Shown in pieces: positions 39,735 to 54,700 of a DNA stretch of 64,000 nt (positions within the stretch are counted from its first letter, which is position 1; every line of letters starts with the position of its first letter). The notes beneath the pieces are model-generated. The model was not told where the DNA came from, did not search any database, and saw only the letters and a list, made by a program, of their open reading frames with translations. The position numbers and the translations under genes were made by a program. Source of the stretch: a virus (lineage: Duplodnaviria; Caudoviricetes); the IMG/VR virus record IMGVR_UViG_3300021255_000050, positions 32,001-96,000 of that record; one strand, 5' to 3'.

Positions 39735-42700
39735 TTACCAGCTAAGTCTTGTAGTTGCGATGCCTTGACCTGAGATCTGCTTTACAAATTCCTGGCCGAC
39801 CTTCTCGGCGAGTTCCTGAAGATCGAGGTTGTCATTCAGTTGGTTCGTGCTTACGTGAATGTCGCCGACGGTAACGGTTGGCTTACCTGTCAGCATATCG
39901 GAGCGGAACGCGGTCGAGAACATGGGGACGCTCACGCGAGAGAACGCGCTGATCATCTTGCGCATGTCAGCCATAACGCCGCTGTCGAGCAAGCCACGAA
40001 TCATTTCGCGGTCATCGCTGTTAAGGAAAGCTTCGGGCTTGGACTTAGTGCCGTCAACCCATGCCGGGCCGGTGTAATCTACGAGGCCGCCACTCTTGTA
40101 TTCTGAAACATTGATCTTGTTCTTTAATGCTTGCGCATAACCATGTACCATTCTTACTGTTGTTGCTACATCACCATATCGCTGTGGGTTTGCATTAACA
40201 AAAGACGCGGCCAATTCATCCAGCATAGCTTCGGCAGCCGCTCTTGCTTCTTTTTCCGTTCGGAAACCTTGAAGGGTTCGTCCCTGGAATCCATGCGCCG
40301 TTTCCCATCCAGCTTGATATCTCTTTATTGTTGCAATTTTCTCGTCGCTGTTAGCATTTTTGTTTGCACCACTGTTGGTATTGCCACCGGTGTTGCCGCC
40401 GCCATTACCGCCACCGCTGCCATCGCCGCCGTTGTAATTAGCAAAGTTCTCGTCGCTGTGGAAATATGTAGCCATATCTTGCATTGCTGCAATCCATGCA
40501 TCATATGAACCAGAGCCGGCATCTACATCGAGCCACTGATAAAGAAGTTGCTTACGCTTGTCGTCACTGGCTGTCTGGTATTCATCGGAGGCCATCATAT
40601 AAGCTGCGAAGGATTCTCTGTCACCGAGTATGTTATGCACTTCATCCCAGTAGGTATCAAGAATGTGCAGCATCTGCTTATAGGTATCGGTCCAACTCTG
40701 AACCATTTGTGTTTGTGCATCTTCAATACTGTAAGTGTATTCCTTTACATTTTTCTTCAGCCAATCAAAAAGCTCTGTCTGGTTAAGCTTCATAACTCCA
40801 TTAACCTCTTCGGCAAAGTTATTAGCATCACGCAGCAAGCGCTCCAGATCTTCGTCACCATATGTTACGTACTGATCGTAAGCTTCGATCTCGTCGTCCA
40901 TGCTCTTCTTCTGTGCTTCTACTTGTTCTTCTGCGATCTTCCAGCCGCGCTCTTCCTGCAGATCATCGATCTTCTTCTGCAGCTCCTTCACATCTTTCGT
41001 GCGGGTGCTGTCCATGCTGATAAGAGCAAGCTGCCTCTGGTATTCAGCAAGCTCTTCGGCCTTCTTGGCTTCGTTACTTGCGTCCTTCCTGCGCTGGAGT
41101 TCTTCGTCAATATACTGTTTCTTCTTTTCGAGAGCTTCCTTCTCTTTTTCAACGCCCTTCTTAATGAGCAATATGTTGGCGCAGCAGGTTGTCATCCTTG
41201 CGCCGTTATACAGTGCACTTAAATATACTGCCAGTGGAAACCGCCGGCGGTTTTGCGCAGACCACAAGCAGCTCGCCGAACCATCTCTTTTCCGGGGAGA
41301 CTTTGCGTGGCCGCTTTTGCGCTGGGATAAATAACACCGGTCTCAACACACAAGACCGGTTTCGAATTTATTTCTGCTAGCTTTTGCTTTGTTTCCTCTG
41401 AGTGGTGGAACCCTGTTTTTACTGCACTCATCTTCTTTCGGTACTCCTCTGTATGCATTGCGTTAACGATCTTCTGATGCACCTCTGGTTCCGCAAGTAT
41501 CTGGCGCCGAAGCTCGATGTACTCCGGGTGTTCTTCAATGTATCGGTGCAAGCTTTCGATCCGGCGAGCTGTTACTTCGGGCGAAACCTCGCGACCACCT
41601 TCACCGCCGGCTGTCATGTTGTAGCCGTACTCCGGGTTGTTCGAATGGTAAGCTGCGATGAACCGTTGCTCTTCGCTGTTGAGCGAATCAATGCTGCAGG
41701 GTTCGAGGAGGAAAGCATCGAAAGCTTCGGGACCATACTTATTATATGCGTACTGCAGATGAGTGTTAGGGTGGGAACCGCGCTTTAGTTTACTCATGTG
41801 TTCTTTCAATCTCCTATCTACGTTTTTGGACTGGCCAATATAACACTTATTATTTACCATGTTTCGAATCATGTAGATACCACTTTGAATGCAACCACCT
41901 GCCTTAGGTGGCACTGTATAACCCTCACACTTTCATGCGAGTTCAGACTATATCTTGTGTGCGCAGCAAAGCGCAGCACACCAACCGCTTCGGCAGCAAT
42001 GACGGGGCGCTGCCTACTCCATATAGGATAGTCGTTGAACCTTCTTCTCAGCGGGCTTTGCAAAGTCTTATGAGAAGCTTGGCTGCTGATTGCCCGTGTA
42101 CATCCGCGCCATTTTCGAGCATTCGCGTTTGCTCTCGCGAGCTGCGCTGTAGCTGGCGGGCTTTGGGGTGTTCCAGCAATTCGATTGGTAGGGACCGTAT
42201 AATCCCATTCGTCTTGGTAGCGTTGTTTAATCGCGTCGAGAACCGTCGTTTCCATTTGGACGCGAGCATCGAGCATGTCGCGCTGGATCTGGATGCGGTT
42301 CCGAATTTCCTGATCAACGAGGTCTTCGAGATCAGTATGCGTTTTGAGGATAGCTTGCTCGTTCTGTTTCATCTTCTTGGTGTTCGCGTCAATTGTATTG
42401 TTAGTTTCGTCTAACTGCTCTTCGTACTGCAGCACTTGCTCGTAAAGTTTTTGCCAGTCGTCGGAACCACGCTCTGTCGCGGCAAGCTGCTCGCGAAGCT
42501 TCGTGATCGCGTCGGCGAGGACCACGCTCTTCTCGCGCTGCAGCTCGTTCTCGTACTCGATCATATTGTTGACGTTGCCGAGCTGGCCGAGCTGTTCGTA
42601 CTTGGTTTCCTGGAGTTGGGTCATCTTGATGCGGTGATCGGCAAGAGTAATTTTGTTCTTGAGGTTTTGGAGAAGCTTGTCGGCTGCAGATTTACCACCG

Positions 42701-45700
42701 CCGCCACCGCCGCCGGCTGGCTTAATACCGCCACCACCGCCGCCGAATTTTACTGAGTCTGATTTGAGTTCGGCAACATATTGTCCTTCAGAATTCTTTA
42801 CGATATCCCAGTTAGCCTCAATGTATGCCTGAAGAGTTTGGAGTATACTCATTACGTCGTCACTGACTTGTCCTTGCAATGCCGAAATAATCGAACCGAT
42901 TCCTACGTCTTCAACAGAGCCGCCGTTAAGCATAATATGCAGAGGATTATCCAATTCGATAGTTCCAAAGTCTATTGTATTAAGAACATCGTTAATAGCA
43001 GCAGTCGCTGTTTGTGCAAAGCCAGTAGCTACTTCTATATCAGAAGATTCAACACCTTTAAGTAGCTGCTCTACAAGACCAGCATTTGCGGAGTCCTTAA
43101 CGAACTTCTTATTATTAATACCTGTTTGCTGCATGATAGAGGAAACAACATCTTCAGATCTATTTCCTTTGCGCCACTGTTGTCTTGCCCATTGGCGTTC
43201 ATTAGCTTCAAGCAGTTCTTTATTCATATTGTTAAGCGTTTGATTTACATCTTGCTGTGAACCATTAAGCCCCTGCAAGTTCTTTTTTACTGACTCTGTG
43301 TTATATCCATATTTACCCATCGTTGTATTGGCAGTATCAACAACTTTCTTTAAGTCTCTGAATGTTTTAGCAGAATCTCTGTTCTCATCATTAAGAGCAG
43401 CAAGTGCTTCTGTCCCACCATCAAACTGTTTGATCATATCGACGAGCCATGTATTATCACTCAGATATGAAGAGAAACCGGCAAGATCAAGAGATCCTGT
43501 AGAAAGCGCACCAGCAAAGTCGCCACCGGCATATCCATTGAGGGCGCCCATCATGATGCCAGCCGTTTGATCAGACCGCAGTCCTGCCATAGAGGAGTTG
43601 TTGTACAGATCATTCAGCAGCATATTGTAGGTGTTTGGATCACCAGTGAGTTGCCATGACTGAGTATTTTGATCGTATGTGTACAGCCTTGCGAAAGCTT
43701 CTGCGAGTCCGCTGCCTTCGAGGAAACTCTGGAATTGACTGCCATTTTTAATCCAGTCAGTTTCGGAAGATGTCAGCGCGTTAAGCAACGATTGAGCATC
43801 GCCAGCGCTAGTAGCCATTTCAAGCAGTGTGTTAACGCGACTATTCTGAAGTTGCTTGGCACCATAGCCAGATGAGTTATTTACAAAGCTTGCAAAGTCG
43901 CTTTCGGTCCAGGCGTCTGTTACTAAGTTTGCACCTTGAGTAATTGCATTGGCAAGAGTTCGGAAAGTTTCTGCAATATCTGCAGCGCCATCCATGCCAG
44001 AAGTTTTGATCATGGTTGCCATTTCATCAAGCGTTGTGGCATATCCTGAGTATGAAGTTCTCATGCTTTCACGGACTTTATTCACGCTGTCAGCAGAAGC
44101 ATCAAGCGAATCAACATCCATGTCACTCATGTCACCGAATTGTTTTGCGTATTCTTTTATCTTCTCGCTATCATACGTACCGTACTTCGTCATATTACCA
44201 AGTTCTTTATATGCTTCAGAGAACGCAACCACATCGTCAACGATTTGGTTAACGGTACTATTGCGCTGCTTTGAAGTACCGAAGAGACTACCATACTGAT
44301 TGAGGAGATCAGCATTGAGTTCCGGGTTTTCAAGCAGCTTCTGAGTAACTTGAGCTTGGCGAAGCTCTTCGTTGATTTCGTTAATCTCGCCGGGGTTAAG
44401 TGTACCGCCAGCCATAACGCGGGCTGCGTACTTGCCCCATGTGCCGTAGTTACCGAGAGCGGCTGCGAGGCCACTGTTAGATGAGTCGAAGGTTCGGAGT
44501 GTATCAGTGTCGCCGTTGGCAAGAGCTGTCATGAACTTCATTACATCTTCATTGCCGTAAGCTGTATAAGAGTTGTAAGCATCCATGCCGTAGGCATACT
44601 GTGCGATGGTATTGAGTATACCTTGCCGGTCGCCGTTCTTAACGAGAGTCTGGAATGCTTCGTCTTCGGCGAGCGTTCTAGCGAGATCAGAATTTGCAAG
44701 GACGCCTTTTGATATGGCATCTTGATATGACATGCCAGAGTTCATAAATTTAAGAAGCTGCATTGCGTCGCGGCGCGGATCATATGTGTTGGCTACACGC
44801 TGCGAAACTTGAGCTGCGGTTGGATTAACGCCTGGAATAAACGAAACACTATAATCATTATCAAGTCCAAGTAATTTTGCAGCTTCAGATTGTTGAACTT
44901 TAATGCCATATTTCTGTAACTGAGAAATAAAACCTTCTCTATATTCAGGTGGCAAGCTAGCCATAATGATAGGTATCATATTAACCAACTTGTTTTTATC
45001 TGCTGCAACGGAGCTGCCATAAGTTTTCATAAGTTCTGTGTTTGACATACCCATAATTGTGCTTGCATCAACATTGAGATAATTTGCCAACGCATTGTAA
45101 TTCGAATCACTATGGCTGCCGCCGATGATTGCATTGAAAGCGTTAATACCCATGGCTGTGGTTGTGAGGGAGCCGGCTATAGCATTAACTCTACTTGCTG
45201 CATCAGAGCCAACATCGAGTTCTGCAATTTCTTTAAGGTTGGAAGCAATGTCACTGGTAAGCTTACCAAGCTTTACAAGGTCATCATAACCACTGACTTT
45301 TACTTTGACTTCGAAATCATGAAGAAGACCTTGACCTTCTGGAGAGGCACGCTGCTCATCAGTCATGTTGAGGTATTTGTATAGTTCTGGGTAAGCAGAC
45401 TTAATTTGTTCTTCGAGAGTGTCATCCATATTTTCTGACATAGTTTTCCAATCTGTGGAGTTGAGGAGAGCTTGTGCTTGCTGTGCAATATAGGCGTTGG
45501 TAAAGATAGATTCAGTTGCAACGAGAGGATTATCCGTCGGCAATGTCCATGAACCGGAAGAAGAAACCGTTCTTCTTGTACCTGGACTATCCATTACTAC
45601 ACCTTCTATTGTATCTCCGGCTTCCCAGTCAGAAGATGCAGATGACCAGTAAACGCCATGTGTTGCACTAAAGTTAAGAAGTTGCTGCAGAAGTGGATTG

Positions 45701-48700
45701 GTAGCTGCAATATCGTTTATGTTAAGTTTTTTGGTTGGATCGGCTGCATCCATAATTCCTACTATAGTATCTGCCATACTGCTTGTGAAAGAGTCTATAT
45801 TTGACTCTACAGCATTTTCGAATACCGAATAAAAGAAATCGAGATTTTGTTCAACATTAGCAACACTTGTACTAAATGCTTTGGCAAGAGTAGCTTTCAT
45901 TTCCGGGGTAAGGTTATCTTTCCCTGTAGCAAGAATTTTAGACTGGTCAGCCATAGTTTGAAGAGTGCTAGATGCTGCAGAAAAATAGTCAGTTAAATTC
46001 TGACTATTAAGAGATTTTTTAAGAAGATATTCACCAAGATCTGCTGCAGAATAAATTCCATCTTCAGCACGGAGACTATCAATGATTTTATCAAGTTCGG
46101 CATCATTTTGGAGAAGAGATGAAAGATTGGGAACTTCAATGTCAGTGAGGCTAAGAAAATCATTTATATTTGACACGTCCAAAAGAGAGTATAACTTTCT
46201 GTACTCTTCAATAAATCCTTTGTTCTTGCTTGTTTGACTAATAGATTTAGAAACGGCAGAAATAGGTGAATGTTCCTTAAGTCCAGTTATGTTATTAATA
46301 ATATCTTTTCTAAAGGCATTATAGTCAATGGTTTTATCTTCTTTTATATATTTATCCAACCAAGATCCGTTTTTAGCATATCCTCCAGAAATGATGTATG
46401 AATGGATAGCATCAAAAATACTTTTGTCGCTGAGATCATTCAATCCTATTCCGTTTTCGCCACCGATACTATATATAAATCCTCTAGATGTTGGATCAAT
46501 AAATTTACTATAATCAAAACCGCTATTTATTATCTCTTCCAAGAATTTAAATATGTTATCTGGATTCAGCAAATCCTCTTCAGGGTATTTGCTATAATAA
46601 TAATCAAGCAAAGCGCTTTCGACATCAGTATTTCCAGATGTTAGCGTCGTCCAAGAATCTGAATATCCGTTTGTTATAACATCCTTAACATATTGTTTTA
46701 TTCGATCTTTTCTAGTCAGATCGCTTGTATAGTAAAACTTGTTTAAGTAACTGTCATTGTCATAAACTTGATCGATAAAATGCTGTGCTGCATAATAATC
46801 TTCTTGCTTTTGCCCGTCTGCATTCAAATGATTTATAACTTCATCGGCAGTTCTATATGAATGCCAAGCATCATAAGGCCTTGAAATATCGTTAGCTAAA
46901 TACATTGTAAGCAATTCTTTTAATGCGTCACTTGGAGTAATTCTCGTTCCGGAAAGAATACCGGTTAATTTGCTGGCAGCAGATTCATCATAATATCTAT
47001 AATCAAAATCATTTGGATCATATCCTTCGTCTTGTAACTTCTTACGCCATTTTTCAATATCTTGAACTGTTGAATTAACTGTTACCGGAAGAACTTCCTT
47101 TGATGTTTTACCAGCCAAACTGTTAGATATTGTTTCTTTAGCTTTACTCGATTCTTCTTCTATTATTGGTTTAGCAATGCCAAGAGCATATATCAAATCG
47201 TCTTTTTTCTGCTCTTTCATAGCTTCCTTGGCTTCTTTATATAATGTAATATAATCTTCTAGGCTTGCGTTTGTAATATCTATTGAACGACCTAATTTTG
47301 GGAAAACAGCAGATAATGAAAGAACTGAATTAGCAAGTTCAAGTGAATGCTCTGAACTGATCTCACTTAATGAATCGTACTTTTCGGTTATTTTTTCAAT
47401 AGATGAAATAGCTTTATCAACAGATTCGTATTTTTGTTTGTATTGTTCATTATTAAATTTCAACTTTTCCCTTGCATCTGAATTAGTGTCATTGTTAGGA
47501 GTTTTCGTACCACCAGATAATCCGGGTAAAATATTAAACAAAAACCCAGAACTAGCAATACCAAAAAGACTACCAATTATACCGGCAATAGGAGCAAGAG
47601 GAGTTGCAGCAAGTCCTATAGTTGTTATAGATTTGATAAATACGCCAGTCAACAAGGACATGATTGTTTCAGCGATAGCAATTGTTTGTTTCCCTGCATT
47701 ATTCAAATCAGTTAAACCCTGTATCATTTTTGTAATGTTGTCAAATATGCTAGTTATTTCATTGCTTGAACCAAGTGATGCTATGAATTCATCAAACGTG
47801 GACTTTAAAGTATCTAACGCCGCTTGAATGCCTTTAATTGAGACTTCATATTTTGATTGAGTTGTTCCTTTTGCGTTTTCAGTCAAACCTAAATATTCAT
47901 CAAGTAAGGCACCACCGTCTTCACCCATACCTTCCATAAGTGTATTGAACATATTGGCATTTCTATTACCAACCATAGCATATGTGATATTGTTCTTTTG
48001 TAAATCGTTTAACCCGTTCCATACTTTTGCAACATCTCTTAATACATCAAAAGAACTTCTAAAAGAATCCTTGCCATCACGCAGTGAAATGCCAGCAGTT
48101 TTCAATGCAGCTTCCACGTCATTTATATTGGTAGTTTCTCCACCTTCATCTGTAAGGTATCCTTCTTTTGTAACTCTATTCATTCGACTAAACAAGGTTT
48201 GGAAAAATGTTCCAGCTTGATTTCCGCTCAATTGAGTCTTGCTCGTTGCGATTGTTAACATTGAAGTAAGTTCTGCATATGAAACGCCTGCTGTCTTTGC
48301 CGACGCTGCAGCTTTCTGCATTCCTTTTTGAATCTCTTCTGCAGTTGTGGCAGCGCTATCACCCAATGCGACCAATACATCCATAGCTTCTTCAACAGAA
48401 CTAACAAGTCCTGTTTGAATAGCTGTTGTTAATCCCTTTGTGGCATTTGTAATATTTTGGCCTGTGACTGTGCTAAATTTAATAATTGCCTCAGTTCTGT
48501 CTTCCACTTCCGCATCAGACAAGCCCTGCCTATACAATGCAGCTTTTGTTTGAGTAACATTTTTCACAGAAGTATGAAGACTCTTCGCTTGTGAAAGAGA
48601 ACTAGAACGAACAATACCCATTTCCTCATCTGATTTCCCAGTGATTTGTTGAATGGTAATCATGTCTGCATTAAACTGTTTTACAAAAGAAGTTATTTCA

Positions 48701-51700
48701 TTGGCTATTTTCATAAATAATCTGCGGCCCAAGCGCATAATTAATCCGTCAACAGCACGACTTACATTCATAAGAGATGTTCCGACAAAACCACCAGCAC
48801 TACCAAAATTCTTCATTGCCTTTTGTGCAAATTCTAAATTGTTTTGCAATTCTTTGATTTTGCTATTTGACGCATCCAACTGTTTGTCTATATTATTCAT
48901 TGATTCTGTGTATATAGAGTCTTTAGTTTTTCCATAGTAAGAATGCTCTAAATCATCTTTTCGCAATAACAGCGCATCGCGAGTTGCTTCTTCCGTATTT
49001 AATTGCGCTTCATAATTAGACGAATTATTTTTCCAGTAATTATATTGTTGTTCGTTATATTGTAATGACCGCCCAATAATGTCAGAACCATAATACGTAT
49101 TGGACATTTTATAGCGAGCCATGTTTTGTTCTAATTGATTCTGATATTGCATAGCTTGTGTTTGTTGCCTAACAAGATCAAGCTCTTGTTTTTCTTTCTG
49201 CGATTTATCCAAAGTACTTTTTAGTGTATCTGCAATCGCGCCCTGATTCGCAGTGTTATCTGGATTGACAAATGGGAGGAATTCTGCCGGCAATGCATCG
49301 ATACCATTTTGATTTATAAATGTATTGATAGCATTAGCATAACTTCTGGCTTTAAGATCATTCATTGTAGCATTTGCTATTGGCATGCCTGTAATCGAAG
49401 AGAAAAGATTATGCATATTCTGCAATTGATTAATATCATATCGATCTAGTTCAAGTTGATCCATTCTGTCCAGTTTGTCAAGATCAGCCATCTGCAATCT
49501 ATCTCTAATTTGCATCAATTTGTACATTTCAGGATTTCTTGATTTAAAGCCTGCTTCATCAGCTTCTCGTTGCCATTCTAATTCAGGGTCTATCGCTTGT
49601 TTAAGGAAGTCCATATATTTTGAATGCGTTATCCTTCTATCTTCCTGCTTTTGTATAACCGCATCCTTCCTAGTTAATAATGAATTTGCATATGCTTCGA
49701 CCGCTTTAACTTTAAGACCACTTTCATATTCATCAAAATCGAAAGCATGCAATGAGTCCATTAAACCATTTAACGTTGTTTGTTGCTTTTCTGAAAGTTT
49801 CTCTCTAGCAAAGATTCTAGTTAAATCGGCTTTTTGTTGTTCGATCTCAAGACGTTTTTTAAGAACTTCTGCTTGAACATTATCGCTAATACTTGTTGTA
49901 CCAAGAATGTCTTTCGTGGCAGTACTCTCTGCCAAAAGAGTATCATTTATATATCTCTTTCTAAGCTTATTAAGATTGTCTTCAGATTTTAAATTTTCAA
50001 ATCGACTTATAATAACACTAGCATCAACAGGTTGAATAATTCCTTTTTTAGAAAGTTCGGAAACATTTCCAATATTCTGATTAATATCTTGCTCAAATGC
50101 ATCCATCATCTGTTTAATTGTCAGTTTCTTCATATTTGGGCTTACCTTGCCATTCATTTCATTTTCAGCTATATTATATGAATCTGCAAGTGTTTCAAGC
50201 ATTCGCGTTTCAAGGCGATTTTTATATGTAGCCACTTCTACTGCTGCTCTATTGTATGGATCTCGCGTTGCTTTTTGCGCTTCTATAAGTTCTTTCTGTT
50301 GCTGTTTGAGTCTTTCTCTTTGAATATTTGAATTTGCATTAAAGGTATCAATTTCTGTTTGTTCTTTCTCTTGTTCTTCTTTTGTTTTGGCTCTATGCTG
50401 ATTGTTTCTATCCTTTTGTTTGTCATCCAAAGTCTTCCACTCATCTTGAATGGCTTTTATTTTTAGTCCAATTTCAGCATAGTTTTTGTCGGCTTGGTCT
50501 ACAGATTTACTCAATGAGTCCCATTCTTCGATAACATTATCAATTTCTTTTGATGCAACAAAACCTTTATTAACACGTTCAAGCGAATCGGCAAGTTCGT
50601 TATAAGATTTAATTGCAGCAGTTGGTAATGTTTGGTTGTATTTATCTTTTGCTTTTTCTATTGCGTTTCCAAGATTTTTTGATTCTGCATATTGTTTATT
50701 TGCCTCAAGAACTTCTTGCTGTCTCTCTGCGGCAAGAATTGTTTGATGGTACGCTTCCCAAATATTACCATATGGTTTATCATCGGATAAAAACATTTTA
50801 TCTAAAGTTCCGGTCATTTTAGTAACGTCTTTCATCGTTTCTTTATAATCTTCATGAGCTGTAAGAGTTGCGCCTATACCTGTAGCATTAATACTACCAG
50901 CAGTAAGAGCATCATGAATTTCATTATCCCATTTATAATTTCTTAGCGCCAAAGACTTATCTTTTCCAATTAATATATCATGAACCATATTCTGAGCTGA
51001 ATAAATAAAATCCCCTCTAAGCCCAGTATTTGCGAGTTCTTGCATAGTTTGTACAGCAAGTTTGATGTTGTCCATATTTAATTTTAGCGCTTTTGGATCA
51101 ACTGAAAAATCATGTGTATATGACCCAGTTCCTGAAATAACATCTGGGAAAATAGCTTTAAGCGCTTCAAAATTATTATTTGTTGTATCAAGAGTTGATC
51201 CGTCACCCATGACAGCCGCAGGACTACCTCCATTTTGGAATTGATCTGCCATAGCATAAGCCATAAGTTGTACTTCAACCTTCTTTAATTGTTCATTTGT
51301 CAATGTGTCCCATCCACCATATGTTTTTATATCAGCAATTGTAAGCTTATGATTTTGTATGTTTCTAAACAAAGCGTCTTCTCGCCCTGTAAAATGAATA
51401 TCTTCCCCGCCGAGTATCTTTTTGCCAACATTAGACATAGTAAGTATATGTTCATGTCCAAGATAATCATAGATATCTGTTGGGAACAAGGCACGAAGCC
51501 CATTTTCAGAAGTAAGAAAATCTCTGACATTGTGATACTTTCTGTTTGTTCTATTAACGTATGCCTGGCCAGTATATTCCTTAATAATATTTTCGTATTC
51601 GCTTGAAAGACTATCTTCTTCTAACTGTTTTCTTATATATTCGTTAAAGCCTGCATATCCTGAAGTAAGTATCTGGCCAGATTCATTTTTACCATGAACT

Positions 51701-54700
51701 AATTCATTGATAAGATCAGTCGTTTGAGCATCTGTCAATGTTCTGCCTTTGCCTTCTTTTACATTTTTGTCAACTAATTCTTGTCTACGTGTCCAATATT
51801 CCTGTATGATATCCTCTGTAGCGTGTCCAAATGCAGTATCTCTACTTGTCCCTGTATCAGAGTGTTCAGGCTTACCTAGATTCTGCTTTATCCATCTAGA
51901 TCCACCAAACGTTTCATCGGCAAAACCAAGTATATTTGTTATAGACCAAAGCGTATTATCTAATTGTTCTTGAATTGTTTCTTTTGGCATTCTTGCTAGA
52001 GTCCTGAGTTTATCGTCATCGTTTTTCTCAGATCGCCATTCTGAAAAATTATCTTTGTTGTAAACTTTTAAACTTTTCAAATCAAGATTGCTATATGGGT
52101 TAATACCAAATCTTTCTAATGCAACAAGACGAGCGCCCCAATCCTTAGATTTCCCTGAAACATTGCCTTCATACAGACCTATATTCGGATCAATAATATT
52201 TGCAAGCGTTGCACCGCCAAATGCTTCAATAATCTTATCAACATCGCTTGCTGTTCTTCCGATATTCCCCTCTGCCTTTCGTGCTGCTTCTTTCATTTCA
52301 AGAAGCGAGAAAATATCATCAGAAGATCCTATAAGAAAATCGCTTTTAAGTAACCCAGAAAGATATGTTTGCATTCCTTTAATATATTTTCTAGTTTCTT
52401 TCGTGAGTTTAGGTTTATCACCAAGTACGCCGGAACTTTCAAGGGAGTCCATAATACCAATAAAAGAATTTTCAAAAGCTTTATCCCAATCAATTTCTTT
52501 GTCGATATTCTGACCATGGCTTCTTGCTATCATTCTTGAAGTTAGGCTAGAATAAATATTACCAGTCATTGTCCTTGTAGGAGCATTGATCTTAAATAAA
52601 TTAGTATCTCTAAATTTGTTATAGTCATAGTGTCCTCTATCATCTTTGCTTTTCATTAATGTGTTATAAAATTCAGACCATGATTTATATTTATTCATGA
52701 TCTCTTGTCCTTCTTTTGTCGAGTTAAAGAAAAAACCATACTTTGCAGCAACTGAATTTGCATCATATTGGGAAGATGCCATGTTAATTGCTTTAGCGGT
52801 TTCTCTATTTATTGGTATTTGTAAAGCATTTCTTGTTATTGCATTGGGAGCACCAAGACGAAAACTTTGTTGTGCATATGCAGATATCCATTTACCTATA
52901 TGAGCAGGATCTTTTGTATTAAATTCTGTTAAATCACCCATAATGTTCTGCTTAAGAGCGGCTTCTCTTTGACTTTTTTCTTCTTCAGTCATTTGTCCTT
53001 TTCTCATAAGGTCGTTATGAGTTTTGATTGTTTTCGAAAATATTGTTTGAATAATCTTTGACATTGGAGCATTTGAAGATATAAGATCAAAAATTTCATT
53101 AACGTCGCCATCAAAGTCTTCACTTTGCAATAAATCTAACAAAGGAGATGACTGTGAAAAATATATAGCGTTTGGATCAAGCCCCAATAATTTTGTAAGA
53201 TCCTTAAAGCTTTTAGACTTTCCAGCTCTTATAAGTGCTTGTTGGTTAGCTACATTATTAACTTGCTGTAATGAACCAATGGATGCAGGAAATCTACTAA
53301 TGCCAAGCATGTCTGACAAGCTTTTTGAATATACCGCGGCATTATCAGCTATACGTACATCAGATATTTCTGAACCATTTTTAGGGTCAATTAAAGAATT
53401 AACAATTCTACCAGCCGCATTTACGACGGCACCTTTTACTTGCCGTTCAACACCATTTTTATCCTTTATATTAGCCACGGCATTTGGATCCCACTTATAT
53501 CCAAGTCCGAGCATGCTTGTTGGAATTTCACTACCTTCTATTCTTCTACGATACATGCCGCCCTTTGTAGGTTCAATGTCTTGATATAATGCATTAATAG
53601 CATCGGAGAAAACATTTGCAACCCATGGTGCTGCTAACCCTCTATGCGTACCAAGTTCTTCCGGGACAACAAGATCCCCTCTGCCAACTCTTTCTAACAT
53701 GTTTCGACGGAAAGCTTCAACTCTATTTTTATATTGCTTTTGGTTTAAGAGAGTTGGATTATCAATTAGCATCTTTTGCAAATTTGAATCGTCCGCGAAC
53801 ACATGCTTAATTTGACCAAGCGGTGTATTGAGGTCGGTGTATAAGTTCCAAAATGCATCAGAAAATACTTGAGCTTGCGTTGCGTCAATTGACATTAACT
53901 GAGCCAGCTGTGATGGTATCCATGATAACGTTTTACTGCCGGCTTGGGCAGCTGTTTTATTTACATATATACCACTTGTTCTTATACGATTCGCGAATTC
54001 TTTTGACAATTCATCAGATGATTTTGTAACTTTATACGTCTTCCCATCCGGGCCTGTTACATCTTTCTGAAAAGCAATTCCGAAACCCTTCAAATCAGCC
54101 TTGTTGAGAACAACATCTGTGTCTGCTTCAATAAACTGTATAGATCCATCAGGTGCACGAACTGGGATTTTCCCACCGAAAAGATCAACCATCTGCTTCA
54201 TATTGACAGAATTAAGAGCAGATTTAACACCAAGAATACGTCCCTGAAAAGCCGTGCCTCCAGTTAACTTTGACGAAAGAAAACTTGCGCCATTTAAACC
54301 TGGGCCTACTCCTCCTTGCCCTTTCGTATCCTCTTCAATATCCATTACAACAACTTTCAAGTTCGAAAGGTTAGTTCCAAAAAGGTCTCTAATATCAACA
54401 CCTTCGGTAGCTATTTTATTCATATATTCAAAGTATCCAGCAAAATCTTTTACATTTGTAAATTTGCCGCCTTGCATACCTCCGGTGAAGAAATCTTTGC
54501 CATATTTACTTTCTATTCTATTCTTTAACTCCAAAGGAATCATTTCAATTCCTGTAGACTTTGGATTAATTCTTGTTGCGGCATATTTAACACCATTAAT
54601 TGTTCGCCCATGTAAAAAGAGATTGCCATATTTCTTTTCCAAATCTTTTCTTATATCATCAGGTGTATTCGGATCAGCGAGCCTCGGGTCAATTGAGACA

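Noticed and set aside
41869-42201. Last ~110 aa of the 4776-aa ORF and first 33 aa of the 510-aa ORF (41267-41169)
   Set aside because: Both are translated intron sequence
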